Positions 22,206-33,908 of a stretch of 64,000 bases of DNA are shown here, piece by piece. The position numbers were made by a program, and so were the translations under genes. Position 1 is the first letter of the stretch; each line of letters opens with the position of its first letter. Under the pieces are notes generated by a model, which saw only the letters and a list, made by a program, of their open reading frames with translations, made no database searches and was not told where the DNA came from. This DNA is from an uncultured Acidobacteriota bacterium. Its GTDB lineage: Bacteria > Actinomycetota > Acidimicrobiia > Spongiisociales > ZC4RG35. The stretch covers positions 2,481 through 66,480 of the forward strand of contig CAVTFV010000015.1 of NCBI GenBank assembly GCA_963734115.1. The letters run 5' to 3'.

Positions 22206-22230
22206 GGTCGAGCACTTCTAGGCTGGCGGG

Positions 22231-23083
22231 ATGCTGCCCCCACCCGACTACATGCCTGCCTTGATCACGCCTTTCACGCGAGGCGGGGAGATCGACACCA
22301 GGGCGCACACCACCAACCTCCGGCTCCTCGCCGCCGCCGGTATCGACGGGTTCGTCATCGGTGGGTCGAATGGGGAAGGTCCGTACCTGGAGCCGGGTGA
22401 GCGATTCCGGCTGGTGAAGGCAGGGCGTAGGCGGAAGTCCCATTTCATGATCGGGATAGCTGCCGAGTCGACCCGCGTCGCGTTGCACCAGGTAGAAGAG
22501 GCCATCGAGGGCGGAGCCGACAGCATCCTGGTGATGACGCCGACCACCCTGACCCGAGGACGGGACGAGGCTGTTCTACGGTTTTACAAGACAATCGCAG
22601 ACACGTCGACGGCTCCGGTATTCCTCTACTCCGTCCCGTCCGTGACCGGGTACAACCTCCCGCTCGAGTTGGTGTGGCGGCTCTCCCGGCACGACAACAT
22701 CGTGGGTATGAAGGACTCCGAGCGGCGACGTGGTTCGGCTCCAATCGATCATCGACGCGTCGCCTTCGGACTTTCTCCTCTACTCCGGGTCGTCCCGGGC
22801 CCTTACCGCGGCGATGGCAATCGGCTGTCACGGGGCCATCACCGGGTCAGGCAACTACGTCCCCGAGCTGGTGCTTCAGACTCTGGCCGCAGCCAAGGCC
22901 GATCCCGCCAAGGCGAGAAGGCTGCAGAAGCGACTCAGCGCCATCAGCTCCGATGTCGAGGCTCACGGGGTGCCTGGCGTCAAGGCGGCCGCCAAGGCGG
23001 CGGGTCTCGATCCGGGACACCCAAGGGAACCTCTGACCAGGCTCTCCCGGGGCGCCGAGACCTCCATCGCCAAGCTGATCTGA
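22231..23083 (+). CDS. Dihydrodipicolinate synthase family protein (frameshift near 22725)
   Basis: PALITPF, GSNGEG, LYSVPSVTG, IVGMKDS; continues in ORF 22730-23083. Confidence 0.85.
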
Positions 23084-23162
23084 TCCGGGCCGAAGACCGA
23101 GCCCAACTCAATCAGACCGGTGGCCTGTACCATTCACGCCCCAATCACCAAGGAGTCACAGC

Positions 23163-23546
23163 GTGTCCAAGTTTCTCAGTGACGAGTGGGCGTCGGAAGT
23201 CACAACCGCTCTAAACAGCCACGACGGTTTCAAGAACGCCATCGGGGAAGCCGAACTCGGTATCCAATTCAGCACCACCGATGCCCCCGACGGTGAGGTC
23301 GACTACTACCTCCAGGCCGGCGGCGGCAGCGCAACCATGGCCCTGGGAACCCTCGAAGGCGCCGACGTGACCGTCAAGCAGACCTACGACACCGCAACCG
23401 CCATCTCGAAGGGCGACCTGAACACCCAGAGCGCCTTCATGACGGGCAAGCTCAAGGTTTCGGGCAACCTTGCCAAGCTGATGATGCATCAGGGCGCCAT
23501 CCAGCAGTGGGGCGCCGCCGTATCGGACCTCGACGTCGAGTACTGA
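23163..23546 (+). CDS. SCP2 sterol-binding domain protein
   Basis: FLSDEW, AFMTGKLKVSGNLAKLM. Confidence 0.88.
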   Translation: MSKFLSDEWASEVTTALNSHDGFKNAIGEAELGIQFSTTDAPDGEVDYYLQAGGGSATMALGTLEGADVTVKQTYDTATAISKGDLNTQSAFMTGKLKVSGNLAKLMMHQGAIQQWGAAVSDLDVEY

Positions 23547-23561
23547 ATCTCGGCGCAAACC

Positions 23562-23588
23562 TGTCGAAACCGGCTCGAGCTCTCCGTC
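23562..23588 (+). promoter_or_regulatory. ECF42-type sigma factor promoter
   Basis: TGTCGA(23562-23567)-N17-CGTC(23585-23588) directly upstream of a DGPF/YciI gene. Confidence 0.65.
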
Positions 23589-23628
23589 ATAGAGCTATCA
23601 GGCGTCCCACGAGAGAAGGGAACCAAGG

Positions 23629-23997
23629 ATGCCCAAATATGCAGCCCTCATCTACGGACCGGAAGAAACCGGCACGCCCGAAGAGCTGGAACGGGTGACA
23701 GAGGAGTACAACGCATTCACCGAGGCGGCGAGGGCGGCCGGCGTCGTGGCCGGCGGTGAGGCCCTGTACGACACCAACACGGCGACCACCGTCCACCTGC
23801 CCAATGGCAAAGGGGGAGAGCCGGTCTTCACCGACGGGCCTTTCGCCGAGACCAAGGAGGTCCTGGGCGGCTTCTACCTGTTTGACGTGGCAGATCTCGA
23901 TGAGGCCCTGAAGTGGGCGCAGCAGATCCCCGGCGCCTGGTACGGCCGGGTCGAGGTGCGGCCGGTGGTCGAGTGGGAGGACCAGCCGGAGGGCTGA
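23629..23997 (+). CDS. YciI family (DGPF) protein
   Basis: TDGPFAETKEVLGGFY, VEVRPV. Confidence 0.92.
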   Translation: MPKYAALIYGPEETGTPEELERVTEEYNAFTEAARAAGVVAGGEALYDTNTATTVHLPNGKGGEPVFTDGPFAETKEVLGGFYLFDVADLDEALKWAQQIPGAWYGRVEVRPVVEWEDQPEG

Positions 23998-24061
23998 GCC
24001 CGCTTCGCCGGCCATTGCCAAGACTCTTGAACGACGTACTCCGTCGTGGCATCTTGGTGGT

Positions 24062-24352
24062 GTGACCGTCTCGGAATCCGATCGCCACGACCTCTACAAT
24101 GGGTTGACCGAATTGCTCGGCCCGCGACGAGCGGAGACGCTGATGGCGGCACTTCCTGCCTACGACATCTCGGAGTTGGTCACCAAGGACGAGTTTCGAG
24201 CAGGAATGGCGGAGTTGCGCGCCGAATTCAAGAATGACCTACAACAGGGCCTGACGGCTGTGAACGCCCGCATCGATCGGCTCTTTCTCGCCACCCTGAG
24301 TGGATTCATCGTCACCCTCGGGACGATGGTCGGCTTCTTCCTGGCGAACTAG
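24062..24352 (+). CDS. Small coiled-coil protein with C-terminal membrane anchor (CCDC90/DUF1640-like)
   Basis: AETLM...LVTKDE neck, heptad coil, C-terminal TM. Confidence 0.65.
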   Translation: MTVSESDRHDLYNGLTELLGPRRAETLMAALPAYDISELVTKDEFRAGMAELRAEFKNDLQQGLTAVNARIDRLFLATLSGFIVTLGTMVGFFLAN

Positions 24353-25338
24353 ATCAGGCCGAGCCCTGTAACCGCATCCCGCTCCTCGATGAGCTCGGCG
24401 ACCGAGGCATCGATCCTCTTCCGGGAATAGTCGTCTATCTCGAGACCCTGGACGATCTCCCACCGGCCATCCCGACAGATACACGGGAACGAGGACATCA
24501 GGCCCTCGGGCACCCCATACGACCCGTCTGAAGGGACACCCATCGAGACCCAGTCACCTTCCGGTGTGTCGTGCCACCAGTCACGGATGTGCCCGATGGC
24601 GGCATTGGCGGCCGATGCCGCTGAGGACGCGCCCCTCGCCTCGATGATGGCGGTGCCACGCCTGGCGACGGTGGGGATGAACTCGTCCTCGATCCAGACC
24701 TGATCGTCCACCAGCTCGTTGGCGGGCTTGCCGTCGACCTCGCAATGGAACAGATCGGGATACTGAGTCGACGAGTGATTTCCCCAGATGGTCATCCTCC
24801 GGACCGACGTGACCGGCCGCCCCACCCGCTTGGCCAACTGTGCGACCGCCCGGTTGTGATCGAGCCGGGTCATGGCAGTGAAATTGGACAGGTCCATCCC
24901 GGTGGCGTTGTTCATGGCGATCAGTGCATTGGTGTTCGCCGGGTTGCCGACGACGAGCACCTTCACATCGGGGCTGGCGGAGGCGGCGAGGGCCTGCCCC
25001 TGCGTGGTGAAGATGGCGCCGTTGGCCGAGAGGAGATCGGAGCGCTCCATTTCCGCCGTCCGGGGCATGGCGCCGACCAGGAGGGCGATGTCGGCGTCGG
25101 CGAATGCCGCCTCCGGGTCGTCGGTGGTCACGGTGCCCTCCAGCAGGGGAAATGCGCCGTCCTCGAGCTCCATGGTCACGCCCTCGAGCGCGCCGAGTGC
25201 CTGAGGGATCTCGAGCATCTGGAGGATGACCGGCTGGTCCGGGCCGAGCATGTCCCCGGCCGCGATCCGGAAGAGAAGGCTGTAGCCGATCTGCCCGGCC
25301 GCTCCGGTCACTGCGACCCGAACTGGTTGTTCGCTCAT
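24349..25338 (-). CDS. mdh: Malate dehydrogenase
   Basis: [52 protein letters not shown]. Confidence 0.95.
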   Translation of the reverse strand: MSEQPVRVAVTGAAGQIGYSLLFRIAAGDMLGPDQPVILQMLEIPQALGALEGVTMELEDGAFPLLEGTVTTDDPEAAFADADIALLVGAMPRTAEMERSDLLSANGAIFTTQGQALAASASPDVKVLVVGNPANTNALIAMNNATGMDLSNFTAMTRLDHNRAVAQLAKRVGRPVTSVRRMTIWGNHSSTQYPDLFHCEVDGKPANELVDDQVWIEDEFIPTVARRGTAIIEARGASSAASAANAAIGHIRDWWHDTPEGDWVSMGVPSDGSYGVPEGLMSSFPCICRDGRWEIVQGLEIDDYSRKRIDASVAELIEERDAVTGLGLI

Positions 25339-25366
25339 GGCGTCGAAGTTATCGCTGAGCCGGGAG

Positions 25367-26198
25367 TCACACGAAATCCAGGGCGATGTCGAGCTGGGGT
25401 GCGGAATGGGTGATCCATCCCACCGAGATGATGTCGACACCGGTCTCGGCCAGGAGACGGACATTCTCCAGCGTGACTCCGCCTGATGCCTCCAACATCA
25501 TGGGACCGTCCACCATCTCGACCGCCTGACGCAGCATCTCCGGTCCCATGTTGTCGAGCAGCACCCGGTCAGCACCCGTTTGGAGAACCTGAGCAAGCTG
25601 CTCCAGGCTGACCACCTCGACCTCGATCATCACCCCGGGCCGCACCTTCGCCCGAGCCGCCGCCACGGCTTCGGCGATGTCACCTGCGGCGACGAGATGG
25701 TTGTCCTTGATCAGTACCGCGTCGTAGAGCCCGAATCGGTGGTTCATGCCGCCCCCCACTCTGACCGCATACTTGTCAAGGGCTCTGAGCCCCGGCATCG
25801 TCTTTCGGGTGTCGGAAATGCGGGTCCCGGTCCCCGAGACGGCTTCGACCAGCTGTGCCGTCGCTGTGGCCACACCCGACATCCGGCCAAGGAGGTTGAG
25901 CGCGGTTCGCTCCCCACTGAGGATGGAGCGTGAGTGTCCCGATATGTGGGCGATGATTCCGCCCGCGTCGACACGATGGCCGTCCTCAACGTTCGGTTCG
26001 AATCGAACTGAAGGGTCGAGCGCCTCGAACACGTATGCGGCGACTTCGAGCCCGGCGATCACACCTGGTCCGGGCGACGAACGAACCCTTGCTCTCCGCA
26101 GTCTTGGGCACGACCGAGTCGGAAGTGATGTCACCATCGGAGCCGAGGTCCTCGGACAGGGCACGACCAACGATCTCGACGTAGTCGGCACGCAACAT
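25367..26198 (-). CDS. nadC: Nicotinate-nucleotide pyrophosphorylase (frameshifted N-terminus)
   Basis: ALSEDLG...DITS, ERTALN, DTRKT, NHRFGL, IKDNH, LLDNM, EASGG. Confidence 0.92.
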
Positions 26199-27717
26199 CA
26201 GCTCACTGCCGTCATCTGCGCCCTGGTGGGGTCGATCAGGGTGCGATGCTCCTGCATCGGGTCGGGCTCGGGGTAGTCGGCCCGGTAGTGGCCGCCCCTC
26301 GACTCGGAGCGCCGGAGCGCGGCCAGGATCACCATCAACGACAGCTCGAGAGCGACCCGTCCGGCGATCGTGCGGCGCAGTACGGAGTCGAGCTCGAGCA
26401 GATGGCTTCTTGCCTCCCACAGACCCGGCCCGGTGCGCACCAGACCCACCCGATCCCACATGATCTGACGTAGATCCTCGAGGGCAGGGCCCGCCACCAA
26501 TGGCAGGTCCAAAGCCTCCTTCGGGGCGAACGGCTCTCCGTCCGGCTCGACCAGGGAGGTGGCCACGTCAGCCGACGTCCTCGCCCCAAAGACGAGACCC
26601 TCCAGCAAAGAGTTGGAGGCGAGTCGGTTGGCACCGTGAACGCCTGTCGAGCTGGCCTCCCCAACCGCCCACAGACCAGGGACCGACGTCCGTCCGTTGG
26701 CATCGGCGTCGATCCCGCCCATGTAGTAGTGGGCCGCTGGTGATACCGGCAGCAGATGCTCAGACGGATCGAGGTCGACAGAGTGGGCGTGTGCGTTGAC
26801 AGTCGGGAACCGATCGGCGAAGTCGACAATCGATCTCGCATCCAAGTAGGCACCACCCAGGCCTCGGTCGTACTGCCAGAAGATGGCGCGCGCCACGATG
26901 TCACGTGGAGCCAGCTCGGCCATGGGATGGTATTGGGGCATGAAACGACGTCCGTGGGCGTCGACGAGGACAGCCCCTTCGCCGCGAAGTGCCTCGGTCA
27001 ATAGTGGCATCGGGTCCTTGCCCACATGCAATGCGGTCGGGTGGAACTGCACGAACTCGAGATCGGCCAGTCGGGCCCCTGCCCGCCCTGCCATCGCGAT
27101 GCCATCTCCGGTGACCCCGGGGGGGTTGGTGGTCTGGGAGTAGATCCGGCCGGCACCGCCGGTAGCGAGGATGACTGCGGGGGCGAGGAGCACCTCCCTT
27201 TTCTTCCCCTCGCTGGTGACCACACCGATCCACGCGGTCCCCCGCCATGACCAGGTCGATGGCCCGCCGCTGGATGATAGTGACCCGGTCGCCGGCCTCC
27301 ACCGCTGCGATGAGCGCCCGCATCACCTCGGCGCCGGTTGCGTCCCCATCGGCATGCAGGACGCGTCGCGGTCCGGTGCCCTCCCTCTCGGGCGAGCATG
27401 AGCTCCCCGTCCTCGTCACGGTCGAACTGGGCGCCAATGGCTATCAGGTTCTCGACCGCGGCCGGGCCGCCGTGGGTCAGGATGTCGACGACCCGTTCGA
27501 CTCCCAAGCCGCCGGAGACGCTGAGTGTGTCATCGGCGTGTTGTCGTGGCGAGTCATCGGCCGACCAGGCCACGGCAATGCCTCCCTGCGCCCACCAGGT
27601 GGATCCCATTTCCTGAGTGGTCAGCACGTATGCCCGGGGGAGCCCGAGGGCAACGGTCAGACCGGCGACGCCGGCGCCGACCACCAGCGGGGCATCGAGC
27701 CGGGTGATCTCGGTCAT
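26198..27717 (-). CDS. nadB: L-aspartate oxidase (frameshifts near 27370 and 27230)
   Basis: GAGVAGL, WAQGGIA, REGGH, QFHPT, TEALRGEGA, AHYYMGG, GVHGANRLASNSLLE. Confidence 0.92.
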
Positions 27718-27729
27718 CGGAGGTGGCCT

Positions 27730-28699
27730 CTAGTCCTTACGACCGACCTCGAGCATGCGCATCACCGCTTGCCGGGCTCGCTCCGCCACCTCGGGCGCGA
27801 TCTCGACCTGATGGGTGAGGGTGGCGAGGGAGGTCCGGATGTTGTCGAGGGTGATCCGCTTCATATAGGGGCAGAGATTGCATGGCCGGACGTACTCCGT
27901 GTCCGGGGTCTCCCGGGCGACGTTGTCGGCCATGGAGCACTCCGTGATCATCATCACGCGGCCCGGCTGCCGGGTGGTGACCCAGTCGATCATCGCATGG
28001 GTCGATCCGACGAAATCCGCCTCGGCCAGTACATCGGGGCGGGCACTCGGGATGGGCGATCACCGGGATGTCGCCATAGGCCTTCCGGTAGTCGGCGATC
28101 TCCTCGCCGGTGAAACGCTCGTGGACGATGCAGGAGCCCTCCCACAGGATCACGTCGACGTCGGTCTGGGTGGCGACCCAGCGGCCCAGGTACTGGTCGG
28201 GGGTGAAGATGACCCGGTCGACTCCGAGCGACTCCACCACCGCCACCGCGTTGGAGGATGTGCATGTGATATCCGACTCGGCCTTGACCTCGGCCGAGGT
28301 GTTGACATAGGTGACTACCGGGACACCCGGGTGCTGCTCCTTCAGACGGCGAACATCGGCGCCGGTGATCCCATCCGCCAGAGAGCAACCCGCCTCGAGA
28401 TCCGGGATAAGCACGGTCTTGTTCGGGTTGATGATCTTGGCCGTCTCCGCCATGAAGTGGACCCCGGCGAGGACGATGACCTCGGCTTCGGTGTCCAACG
28501 CCAGCTGGGCGAGGGCCAGTGAGTCCCCGGTGATGTCCGCCGCCAGGTGATAGATGTCCGGCGTCATGTAGTTGTGGGCGGCGACGATGGCGTTCCGCTC
28601 CACCTTGAGCCGATCGATGTCGTCGAGGATCGGCCCGAGCGCGGCCACTTCCTCTTCAGGCAGGACATCAGAGGAACGGGTGATCTGAAGGGTGGTCAT
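27730..28699 (-). CDS. nadA: Quinolinate synthase (frameshift near 28035)
   Basis: AHNYM, GDSLALA, GVHFMAETAK, AGCSLA, YVNTSA, HPEC, CPYMK. Confidence 0.93.
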
Positions 28700-28735
28700 G
28701 GGCTCCCGCTAGGTGAATTCAGTGTAGGAGAGGCC

Positions 28736-28776
28736 CGTGTGCAGGGAGCCACCGCCCAGGTGGCCCGCTGCACACG
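28736..28776 (-). terminator. GC-rich hairpin after icd, probable terminator
   Basis: Outer stem CGTGTGCAG/CTGCACACG, inner stem GCCACC/GGTGGC. Confidence 0.55.
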
Positions 28777-28782
28777 ACACAG

Positions 28783-29986
28783 CTACATATGGCCGATGAC
28801 CGCGTCGCCGAATTCGGAGGTCTTGACCTCGGTGGCGTCGTTGGTGAGACGGGCGAAGTCGTAGGTGACCGTCCTGGCCTTGATCGCCCCCTCCAGTCCC
28901 TGGATGATCAGATCCGCCGCCTCGGGCCATGCCAAGATAGCGGAACATCATCTCCCCGGAAAGGATCACCGATCCAGGGTTCACCTTGTCTTGATTGGCA
29001 TATTTGGGGGCGGTGCCGTGGGTCGCCTCGAAGACGGCCACACCGGTGTCGTAGTTGATGTTGCCCCCGGGAGCGATCCCGATACCCCCCACCTGAGCGG
29101 CGAGAGCGTCCGAGATGTAGTCGCCATTGAGGTTGGTGGTGGCGATGACGTCGTAGTTGGCGGGGCGCGTGAGGACCTGCTGCAGCATGGCGTCCGCAAT
29201 CACGTCCTGAACCAGCAGCTTGTCACCCGGCTCGCCGCCGCTGTCCTCCCATGACACCGCCACGTCGGAGAACTCTTCCTTCACCAGCTCGTAGCCCCAG
29301 CTGCGGAAAGCCCCCTCGGTGAACTTCTGGATGTTCCCCTTGTGTACGAGAGTCACCGACTCGCGCCCGTTGGCCAGGGCGTATTTGATGGCCGCTCGGA
29401 TCAGACGCTTGGAACCGGTGATCGAGATCGGCTTGAGGCCGATCCCGGAATCGGGGCGGACCTCCCATCCGTATTCCGACTTCACCCATTCGATGAGGCG
29501 GGCAGCATCCTCGGTGTTGGCCTCGAGCTCGAGCCCGGCGTACACGTCCTCGGTGTTCTCACGGAAGATCACCATGTCGACCTGACCGGGGTCCTTGACG
29601 GGCGAAGGCACGCCCTCGAACCAGCGAATCGGGCGGACGCAGGCGTACAAGTCCATGATCTGTCGGAGGGCCACGTTGAGGGAGCGAATGCCACCTCCAA
29701 CGGGTGTGGTCAACGGCCCCTTGATCCCGACCAGCTGGTCACGGAATGCGTCGACCGTCTCATCGGGTAGCCACGATCCGGTTTCGGTGAAGGCCTTCTC
29801 CCCCGCCAGGACCTCCTTCCATGCCACCGCGCGCTCGTCGCCGTATGCGCCCTTGACCGCGGCATCGAACACGCGAATCGAGGCCGCCCAGATATCGGGG
29901 CCTATCCCGTCACCCTCGATGAACGGGATGATCGGGTCATCGGGCACGACGAGACCGTCCGGGCCCATGGTGATGGACGTTGCCAT
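28783..29986 (-). CDS. icd: Isocitrate dehydrogenase, homodimeric NADP type (frameshift near 28930)
   Basis: [52 protein letters not shown]; C-terminus TVTYDFARL in another frame. Confidence 0.94.
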
Positions 29987-30059
29987 TGAGACTCCTGGGA
30001 ATCGATAGGAAATGCCGAGGTTAGCTGCGCGCCGCCTCGTGAATTTCCGAGCCAGACGG

Positions 30060-30497
30060 CTAGATGCTCGAGTCCTCCAGGGTCCCGCTCACCTTTGCGA
30101 GGTCGAGGCGGTAGACGAAACAGGCAACGACCCGATCGCCCATATCCCAGGAATCGGCGGTCGGTACCAGCCATCCGAAGTCGAGAGCGGAGCTTTGGTA
30201 GTCGAGGCCGACGAACGGGTCGAAGGCGTCGAGACACACCTCGTCGGCCTGAGCCTGGATGGCTATCTCGCCGGGAAACACCTCTCCGTCGACGGTGACG
30301 ACCGCATAGACCTCGTTGTCGTGAGGCTCGGCGCACTCGACCAGGGGGACTTCACCGATCTCTTCGATTTCGCCCAGAGCCATGTCGCCGTCGTCGAAGC
30401 AGTCACCGACGGCCAGCTCGAACACATTGCCGGAGCATGCGGCAAGGAGCAACGTCAAGGCGACCAGACCGGCCATTGTCCGCAGTGGGCTGCGCAT
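30060..30497 (-). CDS. Septum formation (Septum_form) family lipoprotein
   Basis: Lipobox [27 protein letters not shown]...GDRVVAC. Confidence 0.82.
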   Translation of the reverse strand: MRSPLRTMAGLVALTLLLAACSGNVFELAVGDCFDDGDMALGEIEEIGEVPLVECAEPHDNEVYAVVTVDGEVFPGEIAIQAQADEVCLDAFDPFVGLDYQSSALDFGWLVPTADSWDMGDRVVACFVYRLDLAKVSGTLEDSSI

Positions 30498-30504
30498 CTG
30501 GAGA

Positions 30505-30532
30505 ATTTCGGCCGAATCGGCGCGATTCTTTA
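30505..30532 (-). promoter_or_regulatory. Putative sigma-28/WhiG-type promoter
   Basis: Minus strand TAAA-N16-GCCGAAAT, 7 nt before ATG at 30497. Confidence 0.62.
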
Positions 30533-31378
30533 AGGACGACGTCTGTTCCGGGCCGCCTCCAGAGTGTTGACCAGGAGCATGGCCCGCGTCATCGGGCCAA
30601 CCCCGCCGGGAACGGGCGTTATGGAGCCGGCAACCTCTCGGACCGATTCGAAATCGACGTCGCCGGCGAGCCCATCCTCGACCCGGCTGATCCCGACATC
30701 GATCACCGCAGCATCGGGCTTCACATACTCGGCGGTCACCATCCGGGGCACCCCGATCGCGGCCACCAGGATGTCGGCGCCCCGGGAGACCTCGGCCAGC
30801 TGAGGAGTCCGGGAATGAGCCATCGTCACAGTGGCGTCGACACCCTTCGTTGCCATCATTAGTGCCAGCGGGCGGCCCACGAGAAACGACCGCCCGATGA
30901 CGACCGCAGTCTTCCCGGCAACACCCACCGCGTTGTCCTCGAGCATCCTCATGATCCCGCTCGGAGTGCATGGTCGGAGACCGGGCCGCCCCAGGAGGAG
31001 AAGCCCGAGATTGTGCGGATGCAGGCCGTCCACGTCCTTACCGGGGTCGATGGAGGACACGATCCTCTCCGAATCGAGCCCATCTGGCAGCGGGAGCTGC
31101 ACCAGGATCCCGTCAACTGTGTCGTCACCGTTGAGCCCGGCAACGACCCGTTCCAGCTCTTCCTGGGAGATGTCGGCGGGGAGCTCATGGTGGAACGATT
31201 GGATTCCCACCTCCGCTGCGTCGCTGCGCTTGCCTCGCACATAGGTGTGTGAAGCGGGATCGTCCCCAACCAGGACCGTGGCCAGCCCGGGCTGGTAGCC
31301 GAGGTCGGCGACAGCGGCCGACACCTCGGCCTTGACCTTCCGGGCCGATTCCTTGCCGTCGAGTATCTGAGCGCTCAT
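30530..31378 (-). CDS. folD: Methylene-THF dehydrogenase/cyclohydrolase
   Basis: GILVQLPLP, KDVDG, PCTP, VIDVG, TPVPGGVGPMT. Confidence 0.95.
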   Translation of the reverse strand: MSAQILDGKESARKVKAEVSAAVADLGYQPGLATVLVGDDPASHTYVRGKRSDAAEVGIQSFHHELPADISQEELERVVAGLNGDDTVDGILVQLPLPDGLDSERIVSSIDPGKDVDGLHPHNLGLLLLGRPGLRPCTPSGIMRMLEDNAVGVAGKTAVVIGRSFLVGRPLALMMATKGVDATVTMAHSRTPQLAEVSRGADILVAAIGVPRMVTAEYVKPDAAVIDVGISRVEDGLAGDVDFESVREVAGSITPVPGGVGPMTRAMLLVNTLEAARNRRRP

Positions 31379-32886
31379 CAGTGCTTGAAGTGTCTCCGCC
31401 CGGCGAAGACGAGAGCCATCCCGTGCTCGTTGGCTGCGTCTATCAGCTCCGGGTCATTCCGGGAGCCACCCGGCTCCACCACGGCGGTGACACCGGATCG
31501 AGCCAGGAGGTCGAGACCGTCGCGAAACGGGAAGAAGGCGTCCGAGGCGGCGACCCCGCCAGCCGACCGCTCACCCGCCCGGGCCACTGCCCGTTCCGCA
31601 GCCCCGACTCTCGACTGATCGCCGGCGCCGACACCAACTGCTGCCCGGTCCTTGACCAAGACGATGGCGTTCGACTTGGTGTGCATAGCAACGGTCCAGG
31701 CAAACTCGAGCTCAGCCCGTTCGACTTCTGTCGGCTGGCGCTCGGACACGACCTCCCACTCTTCGCCGACGGCGCTGTCCCGCTCTTGGATCAACACACC
31801 GCCCTCGACCCGACGCAAGTCGAGATCATCCCCGCCCGGCGCCACAGCTTCGAGCAGACGAACGTTCTCCTTGGATCCCAGCACCTCCCTCGCTTCCTCC
31901 TCTACCGCCGAACATACGACGACCTCGACGAACTTGTCGGCGATCGACTTGGCGGTGGTGGCGTCGAGTGTGCCGTTGATTCCGATCACACCCCCGAAGG
32001 CGGAAAGCGGGTCACAGGCCCAGGCTCGCTCGAAAGTGTCCGCCACATCCTCGCCATAGGCGGCGCCGCAGGCATTGGTGTGCTTGATGATCGCGACACA
32101 GCCTTCTCGATCTGAGACCAGTCTCCATGCCGCCTCGGCGTCGACGTAGTTGTTGAAGGACATCTCCTTGCCCTGAATCTGCTTCGCCCCCTTCCACCAG
32201 GGAGAGGCCCCGTCCTCTGCGTAGATGGAACCTGGCTGATGGGGGTTCTCGCCATAGCGGAGATCGGCGACGTGGCGAAGGGGAAGCACGCGGTCCTTTC
32301 CGATCCACCCCACGATGGCCGCGTCGTACGAAGCCGTGTGGAAGAAGGCTTCGGCAGCGAGGGCCCGTCTGAGGTCGTCGTCGAGACCTCCTTCCTCAAC
32401 GGCGCCGGCCACGCGGTCGTACTGGTCGGCCGAGGTGACCACCCCTACGTAACGGTGGTTCTTCGCCGCGGCACGAATCATGGTCGGCCCGCCGATGTCG
32501 ATCTTCTCGATGATCTCGGATTCGGTCACGCCCGGTGTGGCCAGTGTCTCCCGGAACGGGTAGAGGCTCACGACGACCAATTGGAAAGGCTCGATCCCAT
32601 TGGCTTTCAGGTCGGCCAGGTCGCTCTCGTGGTCGGTCCGGGCCAGGATCGCCCCATGAATCGATGGGTGAAGGGTCTTGACCCGGCCCCCCAGCATCTC
32701 TGGGGCCCCGGTGACCTCGGCAACCGTTTTGACGCCAATGCCGGCAACTGTCAACGCAACTGCAGTCCCGCCTGAGGAGACGATCTCGACACCGGCCGCG
32801 GCCAGACGCTCGGCGAATTGGACCAGACCCGTCTTGTCATAGACGCTGATCAGCGCTCTCTTCACCCCGATGCGGCTCAAACCCAT
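31378..32886 (-). CDS. purH: Bifunctional AICAR transformylase/IMP cyclohydrolase
   Basis: ALISVYDK, GRVKTLHP, IDIGGP, LRYGENPHQ, SDAFFPF, RHFKH. Confidence 0.95.
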   Translation of the reverse strand: MGLSRIGVKRALISVYDKTGLVQFAERLAAAGVEIVSSGGTAVALTVAGIGVKTVAEVTGAPEMLGGRVKTLHPSIHGAILARTDHESDLADLKANGIEPFQLVVVSLYPFRETLATPGVTESEIIEKIDIGGPTMIRAAAKNHRYVGVVTSADQYDRVAGAVEEGGLDDDLRRALAAEAFFHTASYDAAIVGWIGKDRVLPLRHVADLRYGENPHQPGSIYAEDGASPWWKGAKQIQGKEMSFNNYVDAEAAWRLVSDREGCVAIIKHTNACGAAYGEDVADTFERAWACDPLSAFGGVIGINGTLDATTAKSIADKFVEVVVCSAVEEEAREVLGSKENVRLLEAVAPGGDDLDLRRVEGGVLIQERDSAVGEEWEVVSERQPTEVERAELEFAWTVAMHTKSNAIVLVKDRAAVGVGAGDQSRVGAAERAVARAGERSAGGVAASDAFFPFRDGLDLLARSGVTAVVEPGGSRNDPELIDAANEHGMALVFAGRRHFKH

Positions 32887-33479
32887 CTCACCCTTCGACC
32901 CTCCACGGTGATCTCCCCCCTGGCGAGGGCGGCCACGACTTTCGGGTAGAGATCGTGCTCTTCGACCTGGATGCGGGCATGGAGGCTGTCCCGGTCGTCG
33001 TCGGGGAGCACCGGAACTGCCCGTTGAGCGATGATCGGCCCGTGGTCGACCTCCTCATCCACGAAATGAACGGTAACCCCCGTCACCTTCACCCCATGCT
33101 CCAGGGCATGGTCGATCGCGTGGGCTCCGGGAAAGGCAGGCAGCAACGATGGATGGATGTTGAGGATCTGGTTTCTGTAGGCGCCGACCAGCTCACCGCC
33201 GAGAACGCGGATGAATCCGGCCAGCACGACCACCTCGACTTTCGCCTTCTCGATCTCGTCCCTGATCGCTGTCGAGAACTCGCTCCGAGAGCTGTAGTCA
33301 CCCCAGGGCAACACCTTGGTGGCGATTCCGGCTCCGCGCGCCCGTTCCAGGGCCGTTGCGTCGGCCCGATCGGAAAGGACCACGCCGATGACCCCGACCA
33401 GGTCGGGAGCATCGATCAATGCCTGGAGATTCGTGCCGGAGCCCGAGGCGAGGACTGCGATGTTGATGATGACCTCCAC
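32877..33479 (-). CDS. purN: Phosphoribosylglycinamide formyltransferase
   Basis: SGSGTNLQAL, NIHPSLLPAFPG, TVHFVDEEVDHGPII. Confidence 0.94.
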   Translation of the reverse strand: MEVIINIAVLASGSGTNLQALIDAPDLVGVIGVVLSDRADATALERARGAGIATKVLPWGDYSSRSEFSTAIRDEIEKAKVEVVVLAGFIRVLGGELVGAYRNQILNIHPSLLPAFPGAHAIDHALEHGVKVTGVTVHFVDEEVDHGPIIAQRAVPVLPDDDRDSLHARIQVEEHDLYPKVVAALARGEITVEGRRVRWV

Positions 33480-33563
33480 TCGGCCCCGTCGACCGCGGCG
33501 GGAGTGTAGAGGTCACCTGCGCACGCCCGACAAGCCTCGGTGATCGGCTTGAATCTCATCGCG

Positions 33564-33860
33564 ATGATCGAAAACGTTCCAGCGCAGGATTGGGAGTCAT
33601 GGATCGACTCGACCGGGGGGACGATCCTCGACATCCGCGAGCCGTTCGAGTGGGAGCAGGGAGTCCTGCCCGACGCCACCCTCATCTCCATGGGCGAGAT
33701 CCCCGAGCGCATGGGCGAGCTCGACACCGACCAGGCGTTCCTCGTCGTCTGCCGCTCGGGAGGGCGGAGTCAGCAGGTGGCGGCCTATCTCATCATGAAT
33801 GGTTTCAGCAAGGTGGCCAACATGACCGGGGGGATGCACGCTTTGGGTCTCCAGGACTGA
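33564..33860 (+). CDS. Rhodanese-like domain protein
   Basis: LDIREPFEW, VCRSGGRS, NMTGG. Confidence 0.9.
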   Translation: MIENVPAQDWESWIDSTGGTILDIREPFEWEQGVLPDATLISMGEIPERMGELDTDQAFLVVCRSGGRSQQVAAYLIMNGFSKVANMTGGMHALGLQD

Positions 33861-33908
33861 CCCATACGGTCCCAGTTACGGATAGGTCACCTGCGAGAAT
33901 CAGCCTCC

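Noticed and set aside
28700-28782. NAD-sensing riboswitch upstream of nadA
   Set aside because: The hairpin directly follows the icd stop and lies upstream of nadA's own -10 (TACACT); it does not resemble the nadA-motif RNA as I recall it. A terminator is simpler.
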